This document shows positions 9,994-19,129 of a stretch of 64,000 bases of DNA, piece by piece. The translations under genes were made by a program, and so were the position numbers. The number at the start of each line of letters is the position of its first letter. Position 1 is the stretch's first letter. Below the pieces are notes generated by a model. That model had not been told where the DNA came from. It ran no database searches and was given only the letters and a program-made list of their open reading frames with translations. Source of the DNA: Hellea sp. (lineage in GTDB: Bacteria > Pseudomonadota > Alphaproteobacteria > Caulobacterales > Maricaulaceae). Location: the NCBI GenBank assembly GCA_020629545.1, contig JAHDDC010000005.1, positions 3,661 through 67,660 on the forward strand. Direction: 5' to 3'.

Positions 9994-10919
9994 TGCTGAT
10001 GAAAAGAATTATACTCTCCATTCTTATTCTGGTAGTCGGAATTATCTCGGGTTTTATCGGCGGTAAAGTCATTGGCGGAGATGACGCGGAATACCCGGTT
10101 CATATCGTGACGCCAGAGTACAGAGCCAAGTTTAACGGCACGGGTGAACGCCTATTGTCTGTACCCGGGACGAAAAACTTCAGAGATATGGGAGGCTATG
10201 AGACCTCTGATGGCCGAACCAGTAAATGGAATATGGTCTATCGGTCCGATAATTTAGCTCACCTTGATTCTATCGGAATGGAAAAATTCATAACGCTAGG
10301 TATAAAAGCGATAACCGATCTACGAAGCATCAACGAACGCATGCAGGAACCCAATCGTCTTCCCGGTACATATCCTGACCCCACCTATAGCGTTTTGCCG
10401 ATCAATGACCGCCCAGTCGATATTCGCGTATTAGGCCGAAAAATTGTAACCGGCAAAATTACTGAGCAAGATATTGACGATTTACTTGATCATAGAAAAT
10501 TCGTGAAAAATGCCGAGCTCAGAGAATATTGGGGGCAATGGTTACGTAGTCTTGCCAATGACAATGCAACACCGCATTTGTTCCATTGTACTTCGGGCAA
10601 AGACAGGACTGGATTTGGCGCATCTATTTTCCTTTTAACTCTTGGCGTACCGGAAGAGACAGTCAAAGCTGACTTCCTTTTATCCAATGCCGTTCTCGAA
10701 GATTACAATGTCGCTCGCATCAAGGAAATTGATTCCAAAATCCCGGGTAAAATTGATGAGGACTTATTCCGTAAAATCCTTGGCGTAAGTGAGTCCACCA
10801 TTGACCTCTCCTTTGCGGAGATGAAGTCGCAATTTGGCTCCATCGATGGCTTTATAAAAGACGGACTGCTCGTGGATGATAAGACCAGAGAACGATTACA
10901 GGCAAAGTTTTTGGAGTAA
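9993..10919 (+). CDS. Membrane-anchored tyrosine-phosphatase-like protein (Y_phosphatase3 type)
   Basis: It has an N-terminal hydrophobic anchor and the CX5R active-site loop HCTSGKDRTG. The start overlaps the MFS stop (TAATG). Confidence 0.7.
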   Translation: MLMKRIILSILILVVGIISGFIGGKVIGGDDAEYPVHIVTPEYRAKFNGTGERLLSVPGTKNFRDMGGYETSDGRTSKWNMVYRSDNLAHLDSIGMEKFITLGIKAITDLRSINERMQEPNRLPGTYPDPTYSVLPINDRPVDIRVLGRKIVTGKITEQDIDDLLDHRKFVKNAELREYWGQWLRSLANDNATPHLFHCTSGKDRTGFGASIFLLTLGVPEETVKADFLLSNAVLEDYNVARIKEIDSKIPGKIDEDLFRKILGVSESTIDLSFAEMKSQFGSIDGFIKDGLLVDDKTRERLQAKFLE

Positions 10920-10921
10920 GA

Positions 10922-11764
10922 ATGACAGAACACCCCAATTACGAAACCCTAATAGTCAGTCAAAACAGCAACATACTGACCATAACTCTCAATCGGCCTG
11001 ACAGATTGAATGCACTATCTCAGAAACTTATGGATGAGCTCAAGGCGGAGCTCGCAAGAGCGGCCGCTGACGACAACGTTTCCGTTCTCATTATCAAGGC
11101 AGCGGGCCGTGCGTTTAGCGTAGGTTATGACTTGCAAGAGGATAATTGGATCACCTCCCAATATCCGGCTAATTTCCCTGACGGCGTTGACCGTGAGATA
11201 GACACAAAAGATATTCAGATTCTGCTGGATTATTGGCTTGATATGTGGCGCTTTCCCAAGCCGATCATTGCGCAGGTTCAAGGTGCCTGTTTGTCAGGAG
11301 CAGGCGAATTATTGGCCGCCGCGGATATTGTCATAGCCTCAGAGAATGCCAGCTTTGGTCATCCTGCTGGCCGCGATCTTGGTATCCCGCCGACGGTGTT
11401 TTTCTGGCCGGTTCTGATGGGGATGCGCAAGGCCAAGGAATTGCTTTATACCTCCAAATCAATCGGAGCAGCAGAAGCGGAGAGCCTCGGCCTGATTAAT
11501 TACTGTGTTACCCAAGATGAACTCGAGGCCAAAACAATCGAGCTTGCGCGTGACATAGCCCGAACCCCGGTCGAGCATTTGAAAATACTAAAACAATCCG
11601 CCAATAACTTTTACGAAAATATGGGCGTGCAACAAAGCACTGACGCAGCCGTTATTCTCGACGCCGAATTCCATCAAAGTCCGGTATTTTTAGCATTTTT
11701 CAAAATGGTAAGAGAGAAAGGCATGAAAGCGGCACTTGCCGAAAGACAAAGGCTTTTTGGATGA
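10922..11764 (+). CDS. Enoyl-CoA hydratase/isomerase (crotonase) family
   Basis: It has ITLNRPDRLNAL and AAGRAFSVGYDL oxyanion-hole type motifs. A GGAG sits upstream of the ATG. Confidence 0.85.
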   Translation: MTEHPNYETLIVSQNSNILTITLNRPDRLNALSQKLMDELKAELARAAADDNVSVLIIKAAGRAFSVGYDLQEDNWITSQYPANFPDGVDREIDTKDIQILLDYWLDMWRFPKPIIAQVQGACLSGAGELLAAADIVIASENASFGHPAGRDLGIPPTVFFWPVLMGMRKAKELLYTSKSIGAAEAESLGLINYCVTQDELEAKTIELARDIARTPVEHLKILKQSANNFYENMGVQQSTDAAVILDAEFHQSPVFLAFFKMVREKGMKAALAERQRLFG

Positions 11765-12720
11765 GCAAACCAGACCCAGGCACTTTCGCAAAAGACTTTC
11801 GCAATGCCCTTGGGCAATTTGCGACCGGAGTCACCATTGTAACGACCATGGATAGAGATCATAAACCTGTCGGCGTCACTGCTAGTAGCTTTAACTCAGT
11901 TTCCCTCGACCCACCTCTTATTCTTTGGTCTCTGGCTAAGACGGCCAATTCCATGCCGGCATATCAAAACAGCGGCGGTTTTAATGTCCACGTACTCGCC
12001 AGTCACCAAGATAATCTATCTAATCAATTTGCAAGGCCCTCAGATGACAAGTTTAGGGGCGTTGATTGGAAGAGTTGTGAAAATGGATTTCCGCTCCTTC
12101 CCGAATATGCAGCTTTATTTCGATGCAAAACGACTTTTCAATATGAAGGTGGAGATCACATTATTTTTGTCGGCGAAGTCGTTGATTTTGAACGTAAAGA
12201 CCTACCTCCTCTGCTTTTTCACAGCGGGCGATATGCTGATAAACGTACTAAGGGCGAAACCGACATCAAAGAACCGGGTGTAAACTTGGCCGACGGGACC
12301 TTCTCCAATGATTTTCTGTTATACCTAATTTCGCGTTCACACTTTCAAACTTCGAATCCGGTTCGTCAGGCCGCAAGTGATATCGGACTTTCAGAAACTG
12401 AATATTTCTGTATCTCAATTCTCGCTATGAATGGCGAGCTGCTGGAAGAGGAAATCATCAGCCGCCTTGAACATACTGGCCATATTCCGGATTCTGACAT
12501 TTTTGGCAGACTGGAGCGCAAGGCCCTGATCACGCGGGAGAGACAATCAGCCAAGATCAGCGAACAAGGTCGCAATATTTTCGTTGAATTTTTGTCGTTA
12601 TCCAAATCATTGGACGAGCAAATCAAGAAACATTTCACGCCGGAAGAGTTATCAAATGCAATTACCTTCTTGCAAAAAGTCATTGATATAACGGGAACCG
12701 ATATTCCCGAGCTTTGGTAA
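11761..12720 (+). CDS. Flavin reductase (HpaC/HsaB-like) fused to a C-terminal MarR-type winged-helix domain
   Basis: Residues 1 to about 165 are a flavin-reductase domain (GQFATGVTIVTT...SFNSVSLDPPLILWSL...GGDHIIFVGEV). Residues from about 185 to 319 look MarR-like (LSETEYFCISILAMNGELLEEEIISRL...GRLERKALITRE). The ATG overlaps the previous stop (ATGA). Confidence 0.7.
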   Translation: MSKPDPGTFAKDFRNALGQFATGVTIVTTMDRDHKPVGVTASSFNSVSLDPPLILWSLAKTANSMPAYQNSGGFNVHVLASHQDNLSNQFARPSDDKFRGVDWKSCENGFPLLPEYAALFRCKTTFQYEGGDHIIFVGEVVDFERKDLPPLLFHSGRYADKRTKGETDIKEPGVNLADGTFSNDFLLYLISRSHFQTSNPVRQAASDIGLSETEYFCISILAMNGELLEEEIISRLEHTGHIPDSDIFGRLERKALITRERQSAKISEQGRNIFVEFLSLSKSLDEQIKKHFTPEELSNAITFLQKVIDITGTDIPELW

Positions 12721-12731
12721 AGGATCAGATC

Positions 12732-13484
12732 ATGCTCACGGGTAGAACAGCACTTATAACGGGCGGCGGGCAAGGCGTCGGACAAGGCATTGGCTTGGCA
12801 CTTGCAGCCAAAGGCGCAAATATAGTGGTGACAGGCCGCACATTGGAAAAGTGTGAGAACAGCGCTGAGTTAATGCGGGCTCGAGGCGTTAAATCGTTGG
12901 CTCTCAGATGTGACGTCAAGTCGGAGGCTGATCTTCAAAGCGTTGTTGATCAAACGGTAGCGAAATTTGGCCGACTCGACATCCTCGTCAATAACGCGCA
13001 GGAAGTTACGCTTGGCCCGCTTTTGTCGATCGCGGATGATGACTTTGAAGCTAATTTTCAGTCCGGGCCCTTGGCCACGTTCCGACTTATGAAAATGGCC
13101 TATCCTCACCTAAAAGAAAACAAAGGCGTTGTTATCAATTTGCTTAGCTCCGTGATGAAGCGCTGGGACGTCGGCAAATACGGTGTTTATGCCGCGGTCA
13201 AAGCCGCGACACAGCAAATAACACGTGCTGCCGCCAATGAATGGGGCACCGATGGCATTCGGGTTAATGCGATCATGCCTCATGCTAGATCGCCCGCTTT
13301 GGCTGGATGGATGGAGCGCAATCCTAAAGAGGCGGAGCATTTCCAAAAATCGATACCGCTTGGTTATGTCGGGGAATGCGAAGAGGATATCGGTGCTTTT
13401 GTTGCGATGATGTGCATGGACGAAGCCCGCTATCTATCGGGTCAAACTATCGCTCTTGATGGCGCTCAGGTATTCATAGGATAA
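12732..13484 (+). CDS. Short-chain dehydrogenase/reductase
   Basis: It has TGGGQGVGQG and YAAVKAA. I set the start to ATG 12732, preceded by AAGGA. The TTG at 12714 is less likely. Confidence 0.85.
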   Translation: MLTGRTALITGGGQGVGQGIGLALAAKGANIVVTGRTLEKCENSAELMRARGVKSLALRCDVKSEADLQSVVDQTVAKFGRLDILVNNAQEVTLGPLLSIADDDFEANFQSGPLATFRLMKMAYPHLKENKGVVINLLSSVMKRWDVGKYGVYAAVKAATQQITRAAANEWGTDGIRVNAIMPHARSPALAGWMERNPKEAEHFQKSIPLGYVGECEEDIGAFVAMMCMDEARYLSGQTIALDGAQVFIG

Positions 13485-13488
13485 TTAA

Positions 13489-13824
13489 ATGTCACACCTC
13501 AGAACTGTTCAGTCCGTTATCAATGCCTGGAAGAATAAGGATATCGAAACAGTATTGTCGCATGTTTCTGATGATATCGTTTTCTTTTATGCGATTGGCG
13601 AAAAACCCGTACGGGGTAAAACCGAGATGCGAGCTTTATTGTCCCGCCTCAAAGATCATCAACAAGACCTGAATTGGCGAATTAAAAACAGTGCTGAAAC
13701 CGGCAATATGGTGATGACCGAAGGCGTTGACGAATATACCAACCCGGCTGGATTACGCGTGCAGACACCCCATATGACGGCTTTTGAGTTTACGGATGGT
13801 AAGATATCCGGCTGGCTATTTTGA
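13489..13824 (+). CDS. NTF2-like protein of the limonene-1,2-epoxide-hydrolase family, apparently C-terminally truncated by a frameshift
   Basis: The reading frame ends ...DGKISGWLF*. The +1 frame continues YFDFGVLKMQEGGQPLPDNVKDLIDL* to a TAG at 13895-13897, inside the SD of the next gene. Confidence 0.6.
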   Translation: MSHLRTVQSVINAWKNKDIETVLSHVSDDIVFFYAIGEKPVRGKTEMRALLSRLKDHQQDLNWRIKNSAETGNMVMTEGVDEYTNPAGLRVQTPHMTAFEFTDGKISGWLF

Positions 13825-13906
13825 TTTCGGGGTGCTGAAAATGCAGGAAGGCGGACAGCCTCTCCCGGATAATGTCAAAGACTTGATCGATTTATAGGAG
13901 GCGTCC

Positions 13907-14626
13907 ATGTTTGATTTAAATGGACGCTCAGCACTTGTGACCGGCGCAGGTCAAGGCATGGGGCTAGGTATTGTAAAAGCTTTGGCCAATGCCGGCGCTA
14001 AGGTTTATGTCAATGACATCATAACTGAACGAGCCGAAACGGCGGCTGCTGAAATAGACAATGCGCACGCCCTGCCCGGTGATATAACCAATCCTAATAT
14101 TCGTAAATCCATGATGAGCGAAATCGGCCATCTTGATATTCTTTGCAATAATGCCGGGGTGCCAAGCGGTATGCAGCACTCTTTTAAACAAGTCCCGGAC
14201 CTGTCTGATCAACACTATCAGGAACAAATGGATCTTAATTTCCACGCTGTTCGCGGACTATGCGCCTTGTGCCTGCCAGGCATGAAAGCTCGGGGCCATG
14301 GACGCATTCTGATCATAAGCTCCGAAGCGCATAGACTCGGTGTCGCCCACGGCCTCACGCATTACGCGGCAGCCAAGGCAGCCAGCACAGGATATATGCG
14401 GGCACTGGCTGCAGAAACGGGCCGTTCGGGCATAACCGTAAATGCTCTTTCACTGGGAGCGATGAATAATTTCGAGGGTTCTGAACGCGCTGGACAAATG
14501 ACCTTGATCGGTCGCGCAGGAACACCGGATGATGTTGGTGCCGCCGCGCTTTATCTTTGCTCTGACGAAGCTAGCTGGATGACAGGGCAAACAATTTCGC
14601 TAAACGGCGGTGCTTCTACGGCTTGA
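13907..14626 (+). CDS. Short-chain dehydrogenase/reductase
   Basis: It has TGAGQGMGLG and YAAAKAA. A TAGGAGG SD lies upstream. Confidence 0.85.
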   Translation: MFDLNGRSALVTGAGQGMGLGIVKALANAGAKVYVNDIITERAETAAAEIDNAHALPGDITNPNIRKSMMSEIGHLDILCNNAGVPSGMQHSFKQVPDLSDQHYQEQMDLNFHAVRGLCALCLPGMKARGHGRILIISSEAHRLGVAHGLTHYAAAKAASTGYMRALAAETGRSGITVNALSLGAMNNFEGSERAGQMTLIGRAGTPDDVGAAALYLCSDEASWMTGQTISLNGGASTA

Positions 14627-14652
14627 TCAAAGGTCGGTAGCTTGATCCAAAA

Positions 14653-16512
14653 TCACCCGCGCTCTCTTTCAATATAGCTATCAACTACGCGTCCCAATAC
14701 TGTCATCGGAACGGCGCCACCAAGAACAACGGAATCGTTAAAGCGTTTGAAATCAAACTTTTCACCCAGCTCAGATTTGGCTTTGGCGCGCAATTGATTG
14801 ATTGCGGTGTGACCAACTTTGTAACCAAGAGCTTGGCCCGGCCAGGCGCAATAGCGATCTATTTCGCCCTGCACTTCATCATAGGATGAACCATTGGATT
14901 CAACGAACCAATTTATGGCCTGTTCTCGGGTCCAGCGTTTGGCGTGCAAGCCGGTATCCACGACCAGACGACACGCACGGAATGCCAAAGCCTGTAGATA
15001 GCCCAAGCGACCAACCGGGAAATCATCATAGACACCAAGTTCATCACCGAGTTGTTGCGCATATAGCGCCCAGCCCTCGGAATAGGCATTGAATGCCAAA
15101 AGCGAACGAATAAGCGGCTGCTTGAAAGTGTACTCGCCCTGCCAGACGTGTCCCGGAATGGCTTCGTGATAAGTAAGATCCATAAGGCCGAACTTATTGT
15201 GTAGCGCAGGGGTTCGAAGATTGATCCAAAAATGACCTGGCTTCGTTCCGTCTATTGACCCAGCCCCGCCATAGGCGCCAGGAGCTCCGGCTTCTACTTC
15301 GGGATTGATCCGCGTGACTTCTAAGAATCCAGGCACCAGAGTTTCAAAAGCATTTGGCATACGGCCACGTATGTCTTTGATGGTCGCGTGGATAAATTCC
15401 ATAATTTCCTGTCGCCCTTTATCTCCATCTGCGAACTGATAGCGTGGATCTTCAGCCAACGCCGTCATACGCGCACCGACTGTTCCTTTAGTGTAGCCGA
15501 TGGACTGCAGGATAGGTTCCATCCGGCCATGGAGTTCGGCCAGTTCATCGATACCCATTTGGTGGATCTCGTCAGCTGTCATATTCGTGGTCGTACTGGC
15601 TTGAATATTCCAGTTGTAATATTCTAGTCCTCCGGGTTTAGCCCACATTCCGGCATCCGATGTTGCCTTTTGGGCCTGAGCTTCTAAAACTTCGATCTGA
15701 CGCTGCATGGCAGGCTTGATGATATCGCGAGCCAGAATCGCAGCGTCTTCAGCGTAACTTCCTTTCATATCCTTAGTTTTGCCGGATAACGCCGCAACAA
15801 TACCCCAGCTTGCCGGATCACGATCCAGCGCGCCTTTGAGCTGACCGAGCGTTTTTGTCATCAAAAAGTCCGGTAGAATTACACCTTGATCACCAAAGGC
15901 TCTAGCTCTATCGGTTTCGCCATCGAGCTGCCCAGCATAGGCCTTCATTCGCATCAAATAGGCATCAGCATCAACTTCATTTTCGATCGCATGTGAGCTA
16001 TCCAGAAAGCTCGGGATTTCAACAAATGCACCCGTGTTTTGCGCAACGGCATAGGGGCTGTTGCGATAGGACCAATTATAATTGACTTGCGCTACATCCC
16101 CATAGGGAAACTTGAAGCCGTTAGCCGTCGTTTCGAAAATCGTTTTCACAACATCAAGATTGAGCGCATCACTTTCACTAAGCCCATTAGGATCCACCGC
16201 CTGCAGACGCGACAGCAAAGATTTCACATCTGAATGGATCTTGTCTTGTCCGGCTTGCGATCTATCGGTCAATTTCGATTTAAGATGTTTACGATCTCCT
16301 TTATCGAGACCGGCCGATGATGCGCTCTCCGGATAGGAATTCAAAATAAGATCGACGGCATTATCCATTAATCCGTCGATTGAGTTCACGGCTTTGATGT
16401 TGGACATTGCGCCCTCATCAGAAATCACGACAGCCTTTTTACAAGCTGCTACCGATCCTGTAGCAGCCATCGCAGCCGACGTTTGCATGAGTTTGCGTCT
16501 TGAAATGGTCAT
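14653..16512 (-). CDS. Exported DUF885-family protein (metallopeptidase-like fold), Tat signal
   Basis: The N-terminus has a twin-arginine motif SRRKLMQTSAAMAATGSVAAC. An internal YHEAIPGH motif is present. The length of about 620 aa is typical of DUF885. Confidence 0.7.
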   Translation of the reverse strand: MTISRRKLMQTSAAMAATGSVAACKKAVVISDEGAMSNIKAVNSIDGLMDNAVDLILNSYPESASSAGLDKGDRKHLKSKLTDRSQAGQDKIHSDVKSLLSRLQAVDPNGLSESDALNLDVVKTIFETTANGFKFPYGDVAQVNYNWSYRNSPYAVAQNTGAFVEIPSFLDSSHAIENEVDADAYLMRMKAYAGQLDGETDRARAFGDQGVILPDFLMTKTLGQLKGALDRDPASWGIVAALSGKTKDMKGSYAEDAAILARDIIKPAMQRQIEVLEAQAQKATSDAGMWAKPGGLEYYNWNIQASTTTNMTADEIHQMGIDELAELHGRMEPILQSIGYTKGTVGARMTALAEDPRYQFADGDKGRQEIMEFIHATIKDIRGRMPNAFETLVPGFLEVTRINPEVEAGAPGAYGGAGSIDGTKPGHFWINLRTPALHNKFGLMDLTYHEAIPGHVWQGEYTFKQPLIRSLLAFNAYSEGWALYAQQLGDELGVYDDFPVGRLGYLQALAFRACRLVVDTGLHAKRWTREQAINWFVESNGSSYDEVQGEIDRYCAWPGQALGYKVGHTAINQLRAKAKSELGEKFDFKRFNDSVVLGGAVPMTVLGRVVDSYIERERG

Positions 16513-16589
16513 GACCGATATCCCCTTTGGTTTTTCAAAGTTGTGCCATGACTACAATATTTTAGCAATCGAGACGAAAGCCCTTGTCC

Positions 16590-17186
16590 CTACAAATCCT
16601 GATTTTCTTCGGCTTCGATATTTTCAAGCTCTTCCAATAGGTCTTTGTGGATCGAATTTGAATCGCCGCCGCCATAGACGATTGCACCAGATGTGTAGGT
16701 TGTTCCAAAAGTTTCAGCCGCCGTATAAGTCTGTGCAATTCCCGATTTTAAGTCGTCTTCTGACAATGTACTTAGCCTATGAATGAAGACAGACCAGAGC
16801 AAATCATTGGCGAGAGCGTAACGCGCATCAAGAACCGCGTCAAAATTAGCTTTCAGCATACGTTCGTGGATTTCCGCCGGGATTGCACCAGACTGAATGA
16901 TAGGAGACATCACGCGCATTCGGTCCGCTTTGGAATCATAAACGAGGGCAAATTCCCGATCTCGGAGCTTAAACAATATTCTGTTTGGATTGATGATTGC
17001 CTTTTTATCAAATTTTTGGATTATGGCTTCTATTCGAGTGCTGGTTAATGGAGTCCCCTCTTCTTCCGCAATACCTCCGCCATTAATCGCTGAGCTTTCT
17101 GTCGCGCCGTCCGGGTTCGCAGAGTTGCATCCAATTAACAATGCCAGACTAATAAGGGCTATTCCGTTTTTAAACCTATTTCGCAT
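16590..17186 (-). CDS. Lipoprotein of unknown function (YbjN / type III chaperone-like fold suspected)
   Basis: It has a lipobox LLIGC after a basic N-terminus, and AGGAG upstream of the ATG. The fold assignment is from memory only. Confidence 0.5.
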   Translation of the reverse strand: MRNRFKNGIALISLALLIGCNSANPDGATESSAINGGGIAEEEGTPLTSTRIEAIIQKFDKKAIINPNRILFKLRDREFALVYDSKADRMRVMSPIIQSGAIPAEIHERMLKANFDAVLDARYALANDLLWSVFIHRLSTLSEDDLKSGIAQTYTAAETFGTTYTSGAIVYGGGDSNSIHKDLLEELENIEAEENQDL

Positions 17187-17309
17187 AGCGTCTCCTGGAT
17201 TTTACCATGGACGAAAGGTCTGACGCGGTGCAAGAAAATCCAGTTCACAAATCCGCGTTTATGATTTCTATAACATGATCGACGCTTCCGGAATCAGATC
17301 GCTTACTAT

Positions 17310-18461
17310 CTATTCCAGTCCGAAATGCTTCCCCATAAAGTCGAGCTGGATAGCTTTGCTTCTTTTATCAGCTTCGGGATCATTTCCGACCGTATAACCC
17401 TGTCCGACACATTTACCCGCTAGGCTCCCTAGAGATGCGCGGACGCCGGCGCGCTGGTTACGTGTCATCTCTGGGGTTGGCTGAAATTCGCCGGATACGC
17501 CGTCAACCTGAAAGGCGCCCGTCTCGGGGTGCCATGAAAACTCACATCCGCGAACGAAAGCTCCACCAAATTGACCTTTGGCTTTACTGTTTTCCCAAGC
17601 ATGTCCGGCGCCGGGTAATAGATGGGCTTCAACCGCTGTACCACCAGCACGCAAAAAGTCCTGGACAACAGAGCATGCTTTAGGATCAACGGAATTATCG
17701 GCATCGCCATAAATAGCAAGATATGGAGATCCGGTCGTTTCCCAGCTTCCAGTGTTTTGGTGGCACGGGCCATAAATATCCATATGAAGCGCAAATGGTG
17801 GAACATTAGGTGCCATGATGTCCTTGATACGTTTATCCAGCGTATACCGCGTTGCCATTCCACCGTATGAATATCCCGTAACGCCAATGCGTTGGTTGTC
17901 GATTAAGGGATGGGTTGCCAAAATTTTAAGTGACGCATAAGCATCTGTTAAAAGATCAACTTCGGTCGCCGCCATGGTTTTCATTACATATGGAGTTTTA
18001 TCGGTGACACCACGCGGTTCGTAATAATCTACAACGAAAGACGCGATGCCGTTTTTCGCAAACAGCTCTGCGTAAGTGAATTCTCGGCCATCTGCGATAC
18101 CTCCGCTACCATGCAAAATGACCATGGCGGGCACTGGCTTATCGGCGCTTGCCCCGTTCGGGAGGACAAGCGTACCTTTCCCAATTGTCGGCGTCGCTTT
18201 GTCGAAGTCATGTAGAACACGGCTGAAGTCATATGGACTTTTGGTAGGATAATAGATCACGCCTTTGTCCTCGACATCAAGTTTGACTTTAGCCGCTGGA
18301 TAATCTGGAAACTCTGGCAATTTGAGTTCGGGCAATGCCGTGACTGATTCTGTTTTTTCAATCTGATCAGTCGATTTTTCGGCTAAATCGGGAGAACTAT
18401 TGGGCGCTGCTTTACAAGAATATAAGGCAATAAGAGCGATATATATTAGAGCTTTTTTCAT
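17310..18461 (-). CDS. Lipoprotein alpha/beta hydrolase (dienelactone-hydrolase-like)
   Basis: It has a lipobox ALYSC, a nucleophile elbow GYSYGG, and GDADN plus GAGHAW as candidate Asp and His. Confidence 0.7.
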   Translation of the reverse strand: MKKALIYIALIALYSCKAAPNSSPDLAEKSTDQIEKTESVTALPELKLPEFPDYPAAKVKLDVEDKGVIYYPTKSPYDFSRVLHDFDKATPTIGKGTLVLPNGASADKPVPAMVILHGSGGIADGREFTYAELFAKNGIASFVVDYYEPRGVTDKTPYVMKTMAATEVDLLTDAYASLKILATHPLIDNQRIGVTGYSYGGMATRYTLDKRIKDIMAPNVPPFALHMDIYGPCHQNTGSWETTGSPYLAIYGDADNSVDPKACSVVQDFLRAGGTAVEAHLLPGAGHAWENSKAKGQFGGAFVRGCEFSWHPETGAFQVDGVSGEFQPTPEMTRNQRAGVRASLGSLAGKCVGQGYTVGNDPEADKRSKAIQLDFMGKHFGLE

Positions 18462-18463
18462 AT

Positions 18464-19129
18464 CTAAATCCCCCGAAACGTTACAATTTCTTCAAGTGAT
18501 GCCCGTTCTGTTCGGTAATTGTTTATCGGATCATCATAGTCAGGATATCCCAAGGCAAGACCACAGTAAAAGTCCATATCGTCTGGAATTTCAAAATGGT
18601 CTCTGACGGTCTTGTGGCGTAGCATCCATGCTTCCTGTGGGCATGTCCCCAACCCCAATTCTATGGCGGCAAGCATTATCGTTTGGATATACATGCCCAT
18701 ATGGGACCATTGTGGTCGTCCCATTGTTTTATCTATCGCGAAAAACAAGCCTACTGGGGCACCGAAAAAATCAAAATTTTTCATCAATTGCATCAAGCCC
18801 GCCATTTTATCTTCTTTTGCGATACCAATCGCGCCATACATATCAGCACCGCACTGTTTGCGACGGGCCTTGTAAACCTCTGAAAGGATCGATGGATAAA
18901 TCTCCGGACTGTCGGGCTCGCCAGCTGGGAACTCACTAATTGACTTTTTGACTTTATCGAGAAAGGCAGCCTTATCTGCGCCAGCTGTCACATAGACCTT
19001 CCATGGTTGCAGATTTCCTCCGCTGGGGGCACGCTGTGCTGTCGTGAGTAACTCTTCTAGAATTGAGCGAGAAACGGTTTGATCCGTAAAGGCCCGAACG
19101 GAATGACGGGATGTGATTGTATTAATCAT
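18464..19129 (-). CDS. Nitroreductase-family flavoprotein
   Basis: The N-terminus RHSVRAF and the motif APSGGNLQPW are typical of the family. The start overlaps the upstream stop (ATGA). Confidence 0.8.
   Translation of the reverse strand: MINTITSRHSVRAFTDQTVSRSILEELLTTAQRAPSGGNLQPWKVYVTAGADKAAFLDKVKKSISEFPAGEPDSPEIYPSILSEVYKARRKQCGADMYGAIGIAKEDKMAGLMQLMKNFDFFGAPVGLFFAIDKTMGRPQWSHMGMYIQTIMLAAIELGLGTCPQEAWMLRHKTVRDHFEIPDDMDFYCGLALGYPDYDDPINNYRTERASLEEIVTFRGI

Noticed and set aside
16533-16548. A sigma-54-like element TGGCAC-N5-TTGAAA (minus strand) lies upstream of the DUF885 gene.
   Set aside because: The -12 element reads GA instead of the conserved GC. The implied transcription start would also fall on top of the AGGGGA ribosome-binding site, about 12 nt from the ATG. 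No enhancer-binding protein gene is nearby.
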